Part shown: positions 8,759 to 16,047 of the stretch, piece after piece | How positions within the stretch are numbered: the stretch's first letter is position 1 | How the letters are laid out: each line of letters starts with the position of its first letter | Source: a virus | DNA length: 64,000 nt | Direction: 5' to 3' (one strand) | IMG/VR virus record: IMGVR_UViG_3300027985_001729 | Location: 11,304-75,303 of that record | Program-made: the position numbers and the translations under genes | Notes under the pieces: model-generated | Databases searched by the model: none | What the model saw: the letters and a program-made list of their open reading frames with translations, nothing else | Told to the model about the DNA's origin: nothing

Positions 8759-8814
8759 GAAAAGAAGAGCGGGCGCCGCTGGCTTACGTTCCAGCGGCGC
8801 CCGCTCTTCTTTTC
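8759..8814. terminator. Bidirectional intrinsic terminator
   Basis: 24-bp perfect inverted repeat GAAAAGAAGAGCGGGCGCCGCTGG/CCAGCGGCGCCCGCTCTTCTTTTC between convergent genes. Confidence 0.9.
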
Positions 8815-8832
8815 AGTTGCGAGCGATGGTCG

Positions 8833-9171
8833 TCACGTTTTTCTTGGTGGGTCAAACGGCGGGGAGACCTTCGTGGACGTTTTGCCGCTCGACGGGTCAC
8901 CTCCCCCAGACGCTTCTGGCTGGAGCATCTTCACCCGGTCGGCTGTGAACACGGTCCCGATCGCAGACAATGACAGCACGAGCACCCTCCTACAGAAGAG
9001 CAGGATGGTGGGTCCTGGGGAGAATGCGAGCAGCACTACGACCGAGCAAGCAACCACGATGCCGATGGCCTTCCAGCCGTCGATGGCAGGGTAGAGCTTT
9101 CGGATTCTGGCAGCGAGCCCAATCACGGCTGGAACGAGCACGAGCAATTTTGGATCGATCTGTAGCTCCAA
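8833..9171 (-). CDS. Small membrane protein, holin-like
   Basis: TTG start with GAGGT RBS; about 3 hydrophobic segments and a hydrophilic tail. Confidence 0.5.
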   Translation of the reverse strand: MELQIDPKLLVLVPAVIGLAARIRKLYPAIDGWKAIGIVVACSVVVLLAFSPGPTILLFCRRVLVLSLSAIGTVFTADRVKMLQPEASGGGDPSSGKTSTKVSPPFDPPRKT

Positions 9172-9239
9172 TGGACACCTCAACGCGTGGCGGTTATGTT
9201 GACTCCGCTTCGGAACCAAAAACCAAAAAGGAGAAATTC

Positions 9240-9584
9240 ATGCCGTTTACACCTCCCGACCCGGGGATCCCCCAGCCGATGGTCGAAAAGATCCGCAACG
9301 CCACGTACGACTACGACGTGGGCGGCGTCCGCATCTCGGATGGGACCATCCTGTCCCCAATGTTAGCGGCGTCGGGTGTGCCGCAGGTGGTCACGTGGGA
9401 GCTCGCAAGCCAAGAGGAGCGCGGCTCCTGCCCTGTGTTCAGACTCGACCACGAGGCCTTCGAGGTTCTGTCGAAGGGGGCGTGGAAGGACGGGTTCGTC
9501 GACCTGAACGGGCGCCTCTACAAGCTCGTCGCCACCGAAACGGAGATCGGTCTCTTCATCGCGAAGATCGAGGCCGTGCAGTGA
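9240..9584 (+). CDS. Hypothetical protein
   Basis: AAGGAG RBS; stop overlaps the start of the 7TM gene. Confidence 0.75.
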   Translation: MPFTPPDPGIPQPMVEKIRNATYDYDVGGVRISDGTILSPMLAASGVPQVVTWELASQEERGSCPVFRLDHEAFEVLSKGAWKDGFVDLNGRLYKLVATETEIGLFIAKIEAVQ

Positions 9585-10261
9585 TGCCGCGAGACGCGCC
9601 GGTCATCGTTGCGGGGTGGGTCGCCCAGTGCCTCGTCGCAGCGTTGGCCTGGCGCGTCTCGCGGCACAGCGTTCGCCATATACCGTTTGCTGCGTTCGCG
9701 ACATTTGCGGCGGTGTCTGACCTTGTGCGGGCGGCCACGTCCTTCGCCATCCTCCATCCGTACCGCGCAGCGCATGGGGATGAGCCATACGTCGAGGTGG
9801 CGCGGGCGGCCTTCCACCTCGACCAGTCCCTGTTCATCTCCTACCCGATCGCCCTATTGGCCCTATGCGCCACGCTGCATTGGATGCGCGACTCCTGGGC
9901 GCACGCTGTCGGGCTCGTGGGGATGCTCGAGGCCGTCCTTGTGCTCGGGTACCCAGAGCTGCGCGGTCACGCCTTGGCCAGGGTCTACCTCGGGATAGAC
10001 ATTCTGTCCGTCGTGGGGATGGTTGGATTCGTGACGATGTGGTTGGTGCGGGGGACGTCAAGAGATCGATGTGTCATGTCCAACTTCATGATGGTCGGAT
10101 ATGCCACAGCGGAAACGGCAGCATGCGGTAGCGTCTTCGTCCACGGCGTCTTTGACAGGTGGTCAGACATTGCCCCCGTGTACCTCGGTCTTCAGTTCCT
10201 CGCCGTCGCCGCGCAAGGTATGTTGCTATGGCAGAGGAGGATGGCGGCACAAAAGAAATAG
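9584..10261 (+). CDS. Multi-pass (~7TM) membrane protein A
   Basis: About seven hydrophobic helices in 225 aa. Confidence 0.8.
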   Translation: MPRDAPVIVAGWVAQCLVAALAWRVSRHSVRHIPFAAFATFAAVSDLVRAATSFAILHPYRAAHGDEPYVEVARAAFHLDQSLFISYPIALLALCATLHWMRDSWAHAVGLVGMLEAVLVLGYPELRGHALARVYLGIDILSVVGMVGFVTMWLVRGTSRDRCVMSNFMMVGYATAETAACGSVFVHGVFDRWSDIAPVYLGLQFLAVAAQGMLLWQRRMAAQKK

Positions 10262-10299
10262 GGGACCATGGTTGGTGCATGCGTGGTAATACAGCGCGC

Positions 10300-10938
10300 A
10301 TGCTTCATTTGACGCTCTACACGCTTTCCTGCGTGACCATTGGTCTAGGCTTCTGGGTCGTAAAGCACCGGCGCGCGCACACCATCTGCGCATCTTTGTG
10401 GACCTGGGCGCTCGCCGTAGATGTTGCGATGCTCGCCCTGAGGCCATTGGCGATTCAGTTTTTCTGGGGGTGGTTGGCCTATACGGCGCTCACCGTTTCG
10501 TGGCCTGCCGCCGTCGCGGTCGCTGCGTGCTCGGTCCTCTGGAGGTCGAGGCGAGGTGCTGCCGCTGTGGCGCTGTCCTACATCACCGGGACGCTGGCCA
10601 TCGCCGTGATCGCATGCCGCGGATGTGGCCTTGCTCGAATGGAGCTCGTCGAGGACGGATTCCTCGTGCTCCAAATAGTTTTCGTGGCGTTCGGTATCGC
10701 TTCGGTCTATGCCCATCTTGCTGCGCGCAGGGGGTACTCACTCAGCGCTGGAGCTGTTACGTGGGCGGTCATTGTTGAGACGTGCCAGGTCGTCGGGCCG
10801 TACTGGTGGGGATGCTTTGCGCACTGGGATATGGCACGATGGTTGTATCTGGCCTTCTACGCCGTGCTCATTGGAGCACAAGGGGAATGGATATGGACGC
10901 ATCGTCCTGGCAGCAAATTCTCGAGGTCCTTCGGCTGA
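10300..10938 (+). CDS. Multi-pass (~7TM) membrane protein B, probable paralogue of A
   Basis: About seven helices; shares the helix-3 S(Y/W)P and C-terminal F..W...YL.......AQG...W motifs with A. Confidence 0.8.
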   Translation: MLHLTLYTLSCVTIGLGFWVVKHRRAHTICASLWTWALAVDVAMLALRPLAIQFFWGWLAYTALTVSWPAAVAVAACSVLWRSRRGAAAVALSYITGTLAIAVIACRGCGLARMELVEDGFLVLQIVFVAFGIASVYAHLAARRGYSLSAGAVTWAVIVETCQVVGPYWWGCFAHWDMARWLYLAFYAVLIGAQGEWIWTHRPGSKFSRSFG

Positions 10939-11129
10939 TGACAGGCGTCATCTTTTTGTGCGGCATGTCTATCGCCGGGGCGATCGTGATGCGGTCTGCG
11001 CGATCAAAGGCGTCAGATGATGCGGAGAGAAGTCTTCGTAGAAGGATGTCGAAGATCGAGCGCGACATGGAGGACCACATGCAGACCTCCGACCGCGCTT
11101 CTCATCCGCCACGGTCGAGGCGTGGCTAA
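10887..11129 (+). CDS. Single-TM protein with a coiled-coil tail
   Basis: AGGGG RBS; overlaps the end of 7TM-B. Confidence 0.5.
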   Translation: MDMDASSWQQILEVLRLMTGVIFLCGMSIAGAIVMRSARSKASDDAERSLRRRMSKIERDMEDHMQTSDRASHPPRSRRG

Positions 11130-11311
11130 CCACCACGACGATCTGGATCGTGGTGGCTGTCTTCGTCGTCCGGGTGGAGGTCTTCTGCGTCTGCGTTTCG
11201 ATCTTCTTCGAGCCGGTCGAGGAGACGCGAGAGGTTTTCTACCATCGAAATCGATCTACCGAACATTGTGGCGTGGATGTATTCGTGGTCCGATGATCGG
11301 GCGTCAGACAT
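11126..11311 (-). CDS. Small acidic hypothetical protein
   Basis: Start overlaps the end of 11304-11762. Confidence 0.4.
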   Translation of the reverse strand: MSDARSSDHEYIHATMFGRSISMVENLSRLLDRLEEDRNADAEDLHPDDEDSHHDPDRRGG

Positions 11312-11762
11312 GGCTGGTCCTGTTTCTGCGGGATAGTATGCTCTCGATCCTGGCTCCGATGCCACCAAGTTCACGCTCGAGGCGGGGGATGTACTCGCGG
11401 AGCTCCTTCGACACGGCCGTGACCACAGCCTGAAGCTGCTCATTGGCTGCCCTCGCGAGCGCAACCTGTGACCGAAGCTCGGCGATGTCCGCCTGCATCA
11501 TGTTGACGGTCTCTCTGATGTCGATGACGTCATCGGCTCCTGAGCATGAGCTTTGGCGCGAACGGTAGTTTTGGTCCTGCCCTTCGTCGCGGATACGCTT
11601 CGTTCTCGTCTCGATCCTCTCGAGCCTCGACTCGATGTCCTCAAGGTCTTCGCGCAGGTCTTTGACCTTCTGCTGCCATCCCCCGTGCTTGACCGCTGTC
11701 ACAACCTGGGACAGCGCGGTACCTCCCGCGGTGAGTAGCGCGGCGAAAGCGGTCGCGTCCAT
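11304..11762 (-). CDS. N-terminally anchored coiled-coil protein (possible lysis accessory)
   Basis: Hydrophobic N-terminus and two heptad-rich segments; AGAGG RBS. Confidence 0.65.
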   Translation of the reverse strand: MDATAFAALLTAGGTALSQVVTAVKHGGWQQKVKDLREDLEDIESRLERIETRTKRIRDEGQDQNYRSRQSSCSGADDVIDIRETVNMMQADIAELRSQVALARAANEQLQAVVTAVSKELREYIPRLERELGGIGARIESILSRRNRTSHV

Positions 11763-11803
11763 TTGCCTCTGAGCTCGACGGTCACCCGCCTCTCGATGTT
11801 GGT

Positions 11804-11843
11804 AAAAGAAAGCCCACCGAGCTCGACGGCTCTGTGGGCTTTC
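11804..11843 (-). terminator. Intrinsic terminator at the end of the tail operon
   Basis: GAAAGCCCAC/GTGGGCTTTC stem followed by TTTT on the - strand. Confidence 0.8.
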
Positions 11844-11867
11844 CGGTGTGATCTGAGCAGTTGTTGA

Positions 11868-12383
11868 CTACTTGCCGCCGAGCGCCTCGTATAGGTACCG
11901 AACTCGGCCTTTCTGCATATTCGCGTGATTGACAACTGCGGTCACCGCCAGAAGCTCATCGCCTCTGGCGATGAGCTTCGCCCAGATGAAAGCGGTCATC
12001 TTCGCTTCATCCGGTGGCGGAGGAGGGATCGGCGGTTCGATTGGGGTGACGGTCTGCTTTTTCGATGATGCGGCTTGGTCTGGAGGGGGAGGAGGCGGGG
12101 GGAGCGGACCCTCGATCGGGGTGAGATTGTGCTGCTGTTGTTGTAACTCGCTCAGTTCTTGGTTGTAGATCGAGAAATCTCCCATCCTCGGAGACGAGCT
12201 CTCAGTGCATTTGCCAGTCTTTGTGTCGAAGACGTGGTACGTGCCCTTCCAATCAACGATGATCTCGCTCCCGTTGTTCATCGAGGCGTGGACCGTACCA
12301 TATAGGTAACAGTCCGGGCCGGTCTTGATGCCTGGCTTGTGCGCGTAAAGAACTACTTTCTTACCGTTCAATCCGTTGCTCAT
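11868..12383 (-). CDS. Hypothetical protein with duplicated poly-Pro linkers
   Basis: GGAG RBS; TPIEGPLPPPPPP and TPIEPPIPPPPP. Confidence 0.7.
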   Translation of the reverse strand: MSNGLNGKKVVLYAHKPGIKTGPDCYLYGTVHASMNNGSEIIVDWKGTYHVFDTKTGKCTESSSPRMGDFSIYNQELSELQQQQHNLTPIEGPLPPPPPPPDQAASSKKQTVTPIEPPIPPPPPDEAKMTAFIWAKLIARGDELLAVTAVVNHANMQKGRVRYLYEALGGK

Positions 12384-12453
12384 GCTTGTAGTTTTCTCCA
12401 GTTGGTGAGAACTGGACCACCATAGCCGTGTCGTGGAACGACCGCAACTTCAC

Positions 12454-12843
12454 CTACACCCAGTCGTCGTAGGTCCCATCTCCACCCTCTCCAACCCAAA
12501 AGCAGTCGTTGGTCGGGTCGGTCTGGTCGAGCGGGTTCCACACCTTCATGGTTCCAGGTGGGGGCGCGATCAACTCCCAGAGCTTTGCGTCTGGAGCGAC
12601 CCCGTGTGCTTGAATGTGAGCGATGATTCCTGGGTCGTGTGCGTTGAGAACGACCGGGCGGAAACGGTAGAGATCGGTCCACCCGACCTCACCATTTCGC
12701 GGGTGCGCCTCCACCGTGCCGTACGACGTTCCGTACGGTGACGGGAAGCCGAGTAGGACGTCCACCTGAGCGGAGTATGTATCGAGCTCGGCTTTGTTGG
12801 TCGAGATGATCGAAGGGGCAACCCAAGGGGGATACAAGGTCAT
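12454..12843 (-). CDS. Hypothetical protein, possible fibre chaperone
   Basis: AGGAG RBS; follows the lectin-like gene. Confidence 0.7.
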   Translation of the reverse strand: MTLYPPWVAPSIISTNKAELDTYSAQVDVLLGFPSPYGTSYGTVEAHPRNGEVGWTDLYRFRPVVLNAHDPGIIAHIQAHGVAPDAKLWELIAPPPGTMKVWNPLDQTDPTNDCFWVGEGGDGTYDDWV

Positions 12844-12852
12844 CGTCTTCTC

Positions 12853-13632
12853 CTACAGCCCGTAGTATTCGCCTGCCCACCCGAGCAGGTCGTCCACGAG
12901 CGTCGTCGAGGCAGCGTACTCGGTCGCAAGGACGGCGTATACCCGCCCGAGCCATCTTCCGGTGCTGTTCCCTCGAGCCCCGACCACAAGGCCGCCGGTT
13001 GGCGTTTTGAGAAGCAGGACGCTGCTCGGGGTGAGCGTCTGCTCCACGCTCACCCCTCCGCTCCGCACCCACAGACGAGACTGCGCCGCAGGAGCGTTGC
13101 TCGCGCGCGTGATGACCACAGCTTCTTGGAGCAACGTCGCGCCCCCAGCGGTCACCGTACCGACGCCCTCGTACACCAGTGCGCGTGATGGCGCCGTGGT
13201 TCGGCAGTAGGCGAGACCGTCGGCGATCCCGGTAGAGCCAACAGCGCCAACGAACCTCTGAGCGGTCGTAGAGTAGCTCTGCGAGACGATCATCCACGTC
13301 AGCGGCCCGTCGAGATACGGCTTGTATGCGGTCCTTATCTCCTCAACGCCGAGGAACTCGAGGTACCCACGACCATTCGAGTCGACGTTGTACGTTGGCT
13401 GCTGAGCGACGACGGTCTGAAACAGGTCGCTGCCACTGCCTGATGCGTCCGGCCACAGGGACACCTTCGCACCAGGTGTTGGCGCTGAGCCTCGCCAGTA
13501 GTCACCCAAAAGCATGGCCGATCGCTGAGGCACCGACCATGGGATGTCGCGCCGCGATGGGACGCGGACGGCTGACGCACGGGAGACGACGGGGGTACGG
13601 TCGCCTGGGCCAATCGGCGCTCGCGTCGTCAT
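12853..13632 (-). CDS. LamG/concanavalin A-like virion protein
   Basis: VSLWPDASGSG..LFQ....QQPTY...NGRGYLEF motif typical of phage LamG-like domains. Confidence 0.65.
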   Translation of the reverse strand: MTTRAPIGPGDRTPVVSRASAVRVPSRRDIPWSVPQRSAMLLGDYWRGSAPTPGAKVSLWPDASGSGSDLFQTVVAQQPTYNVDSNGRGYLEFLGVEEIRTAYKPYLDGPLTWMIVSQSYSTTAQRFVGAVGSTGIADGLAYCRTTAPSRALVYEGVGTVTAGGATLLQEAVVITRASNAPAAQSRLWVRSGGVSVEQTLTPSSVLLLKTPTGGLVVGARGNSTGRWLGRVYAVLATEYAASTTLVDDLLGWAGEYYGL

Positions 13633-14114
13633 TGGTGCGGTGTGCCCTGGATTCGCATGAACGTGTTCCCGTCACCGACAATCAACGATGCCCCACCGAG
13701 CCCGAACGACGCCACGTACAGCGTGAGCGTATCGTTTGGCTCCAGGTCGATCGGCGTGGTCCCGTGCAGGATGATGTCATTCCCCGTGACGTGAGACTGC
13801 TTATCGCCGCTGATCGTTGTCTGCACAGCATTGCGCGTTAGGATGAGCTCAGCACTTGCCCCTGTGAGCAGCAAATCGTCACCTACACCAGTGGCCCATG
13901 AGATGGTGTAATCGCCGCTCTTCGTGATCGTCATTATCTCAGGGCTCGTGCTCGTCGAGTGGGTAATTTCACCGCTGTCCGTCACGAGCGTGCTCGACTG
14001 GTCGAATGGGATTGCGGTCATCACCCCGGCCCCCCCGGTGACCATCACTCCTCCACGGTACAGGCCGATGCCTATGACAGTCCTGCGCCTAGGTCCGTAC
14101 GAGATGCCGCTCAT
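13629..14114 (-). CDS. C1q/TNF-like (BclA C-terminal-like) virion protein
   Basis: IPFDQ...MTITKSGDYTISW...IDLEPNDTLTLYV; ATGA overlaps on both sides. Confidence 0.6.
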   Translation of the reverse strand: MSGISYGPRRRTVIGIGLYRGGVMVTGGAGVMTAIPFDQSSTLVTDSGEITHSTSTSPEIMTITKSGDYTISWATGVGDDLLLTGASAELILTRNAVQTTISGDKQSHVTGNDIILHGTTPIDLEPNDTLTLYVASFGLGGASLIVGDGNTFMRIQGTPHQ

Positions 14115-14500
14115 GATGCAGGAGTCTCCCATATGGCAAACGCGCATAGCTCGTGCGTTGCATTTGGCACATACGAGATGATTGAGTCCGAGATGATCAC
14201 AGCCAGCCCGTTCACGAACTTCAGAGGAAGTTTCTCAGGGAACGATCGCACGAAGAACTCATTGGAGTTGTTGAGCTCGTACCCAACACCGATCAACGTT
14301 GAATCTGAAATGGTGAGTCCACCTCCAACGTCATGAAACTGTAGGTACGAAGTGCCAGCACCAGTAGTTCGCACGATTACGATTTCGTACAACCATCCTG
14401 GACCAGTCTCAATCTGCTGGTTCTTCGACGGTGCAATGTTTCCAGTAGGTGTTTGGTGAGGTATTCGAGGGTCGGACGCCGTGGCGATTAGCGTTGCCAT
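14111..14500 (-). CDS. Beta-rich virion accessory protein
   Basis: TAATG coupling; resembles the C-terminal half of 14500-15150. Confidence 0.7.
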   Translation of the reverse strand: MATLIATASDPRIPHQTPTGNIAPSKNQQIETGPGWLYEIVIVRTTGAGTSYLQFHDVGGGLTISDSTLIGVGYELNNSNEFFVRSFPEKLPLKFVNGLAVIISDSIISYVPNATHELCAFAIWETPAS

Positions 14501-15150
14501 TACACCCCCCATGCCGTCATGTCGTGCTCGGCTGGCGTACCGAGCACGAGCGTTGCGAAGCTCGTGGAGACGGCGAGGTAGACCCCGTTCGAGTAGTACC
14601 TCCCAACCTTGGCCATCGGATCCCCAACAAGCAGCGACGATCCTGGTGAAATCGGGATCGTCACGTCTGGAACAGCTCCGGGCGCTGGAGCCGTCGCAGA
14701 GTTGAAGATGTGCGCATACCGCGCTGTAACAGCCCTGTTTTCGATTACGAATCCGGTGAGCAGGCAGGCGCTCCCCTTGACCACCTCGCCGGCCGTGTTG
14801 GCCGTTGGAATGAGCAGCGTGGACGTAGAATACGATGGGTCTACGACTGGCTTCTCGCCGGTGGACGCGACGCTGTTCGCGGCATCCTCGTAGAGGGGGG
14901 CGAACTGTTCCGCAACGAATAGAGCTCCGCCGATCGACTTGAGGCGCTCCCAAACGGATCCCGTCCATCCGGTGAGCCTCGACGCAATTGAGCTTGTCGT
15001 TGGGTTCGGGTCGGTGTCCGTGATAGGAGCAGCGGCCGGCGTGGCGCCGAGCCCAGTGACGTCGATCGATGCAGTGCCATCACCTTGGTCTGTCCCCTTG
15101 AGACGGAGCTGTTTCCCTGTACCGTCGTCGACGAATGCTTGCCCAGGCAT
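14500..15150 (-). CDS. Beta-rich virion accessory protein
   Basis: GAGGT RBS; Thr/Ala/Gly-rich. Confidence 0.7.
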   Translation of the reverse strand: MPGQAFVDDGTGKQLRLKGTDQGDGTASIDVTGLGATPAAAPITDTDPNPTTSSIASRLTGWTGSVWERLKSIGGALFVAEQFAPLYEDAANSVASTGEKPVVDPSYSTSTLLIPTANTAGEVVKGSACLLTGFVIENRAVTARYAHIFNSATAPAPGAVPDVTIPISPGSSLLVGDPMAKVGRYYSNGVYLAVSTSFATLVLGTPAEHDMTAWGV

Positions 15151-15339
15151 AACCACCTCTATTTACAGAAGCGAAGATTTCACCTACGAACTATCGTTCA
15201 CTCTTGATGATTTCTACATTGAAACGATCGAGGTTCCCAACCGTAACCGTCGATCTTTTTGCTCTACCGGCGTTGACTTGTCGCCATCCGTCATTTAATT
15301 GGGCGTGGACCAACCAGGAACCGTCCAAGGAGAAATTCA

Positions 15340-16047
15340 ATGACCAGGTATGTCGGTGCTTCCCTCTTTTTTTTGGCTGTAACCGCGTTGTTTGGGTGTG
15401 AGGTAGCAACGGGGGAGATCACCGAGACCGATGCCAACCCCCACGGGTGCGGGAACGTGTACTGCTCGTCCGACAAGGAGTGCGAGCTCTCTTTGGGCAA
15501 TACGTCGGACTGTAGGACCGTGGTGTGCGGAGACGCCGGTGTGTGCGAGGTACTGTTCCCAAGTGGTACGTATTGCCAAGCACAGGCGGAGACGTGTGGG
15601 TCCTCGTCGAGCTTGTACGGCGAGTGCAACGGACATGGGGCTTGCGTTGGTGATTGGCAGGCCGACGCATGTGGATGCTCTGCCGATTGCCACGTGGTGT
15701 GCGACCAGCGCGAGTGCGGAGCGATGCACGAGTGCGTCGTCCCGCGGTGCACCTCATCGAACTCGTGCACCTACGAGAACGCCGTGGCAGGAACGCCTTG
15801 CACGGTCGTCGACCCTGTGACTGGCGGTCAGTCGGCTGTGCCAGCGTCGTGCGATGGAGAAGGATCCTGCATGATTTCTGATGGGTTCTGCATCGTCGCC
15901 GAGGACTGCGGGATGTACGACTGCAAGGAGTGGTCGTGCGTGGACAGCGTGTGCGCGGGTAGTGTTGCGCCTCCGGGTACGATCTGCCTGCTCGCTGGAG
16001 GAACGACGGCAGGGCAGTGCGACGCGAATGGTACGTGCCTGCCCTAA
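15340..16047 (+). CDS. Cys-rich repeat lipoprotein (moron)
   Basis: AAGGAG RBS; lipobox LFGC; 30 Cys in 235 aa in about three repeats; opposite strand to the tail operon. Confidence 0.85.
   Translation: MTRYVGASLFFLAVTALFGCEVATGEITETDANPHGCGNVYCSSDKECELSLGNTSDCRTVVCGDAGVCEVLFPSGTYCQAQAETCGSSSSLYGECNGHGACVGDWQADACGCSADCHVVCDQRECGAMHECVVPRCTSSNSCTYENAVAGTPCTVVDPVTGGQSAVPASCDGEGSCMISDGFCIVAEDCGMYDCKEWSCVDSVCAGSVAPPGTICLLAGGTTAGQCDANGTCLP

Noticed and set aside
9584-10938. 7TM proteins as rhodopsins
   Set aside because: No Lys in the last helix for retinal attachment
15273-15299. TTGACT/TTTAAT promoter for the lipoprotein gene
   Set aside because: Spacer is only 15 nt, too weak to call
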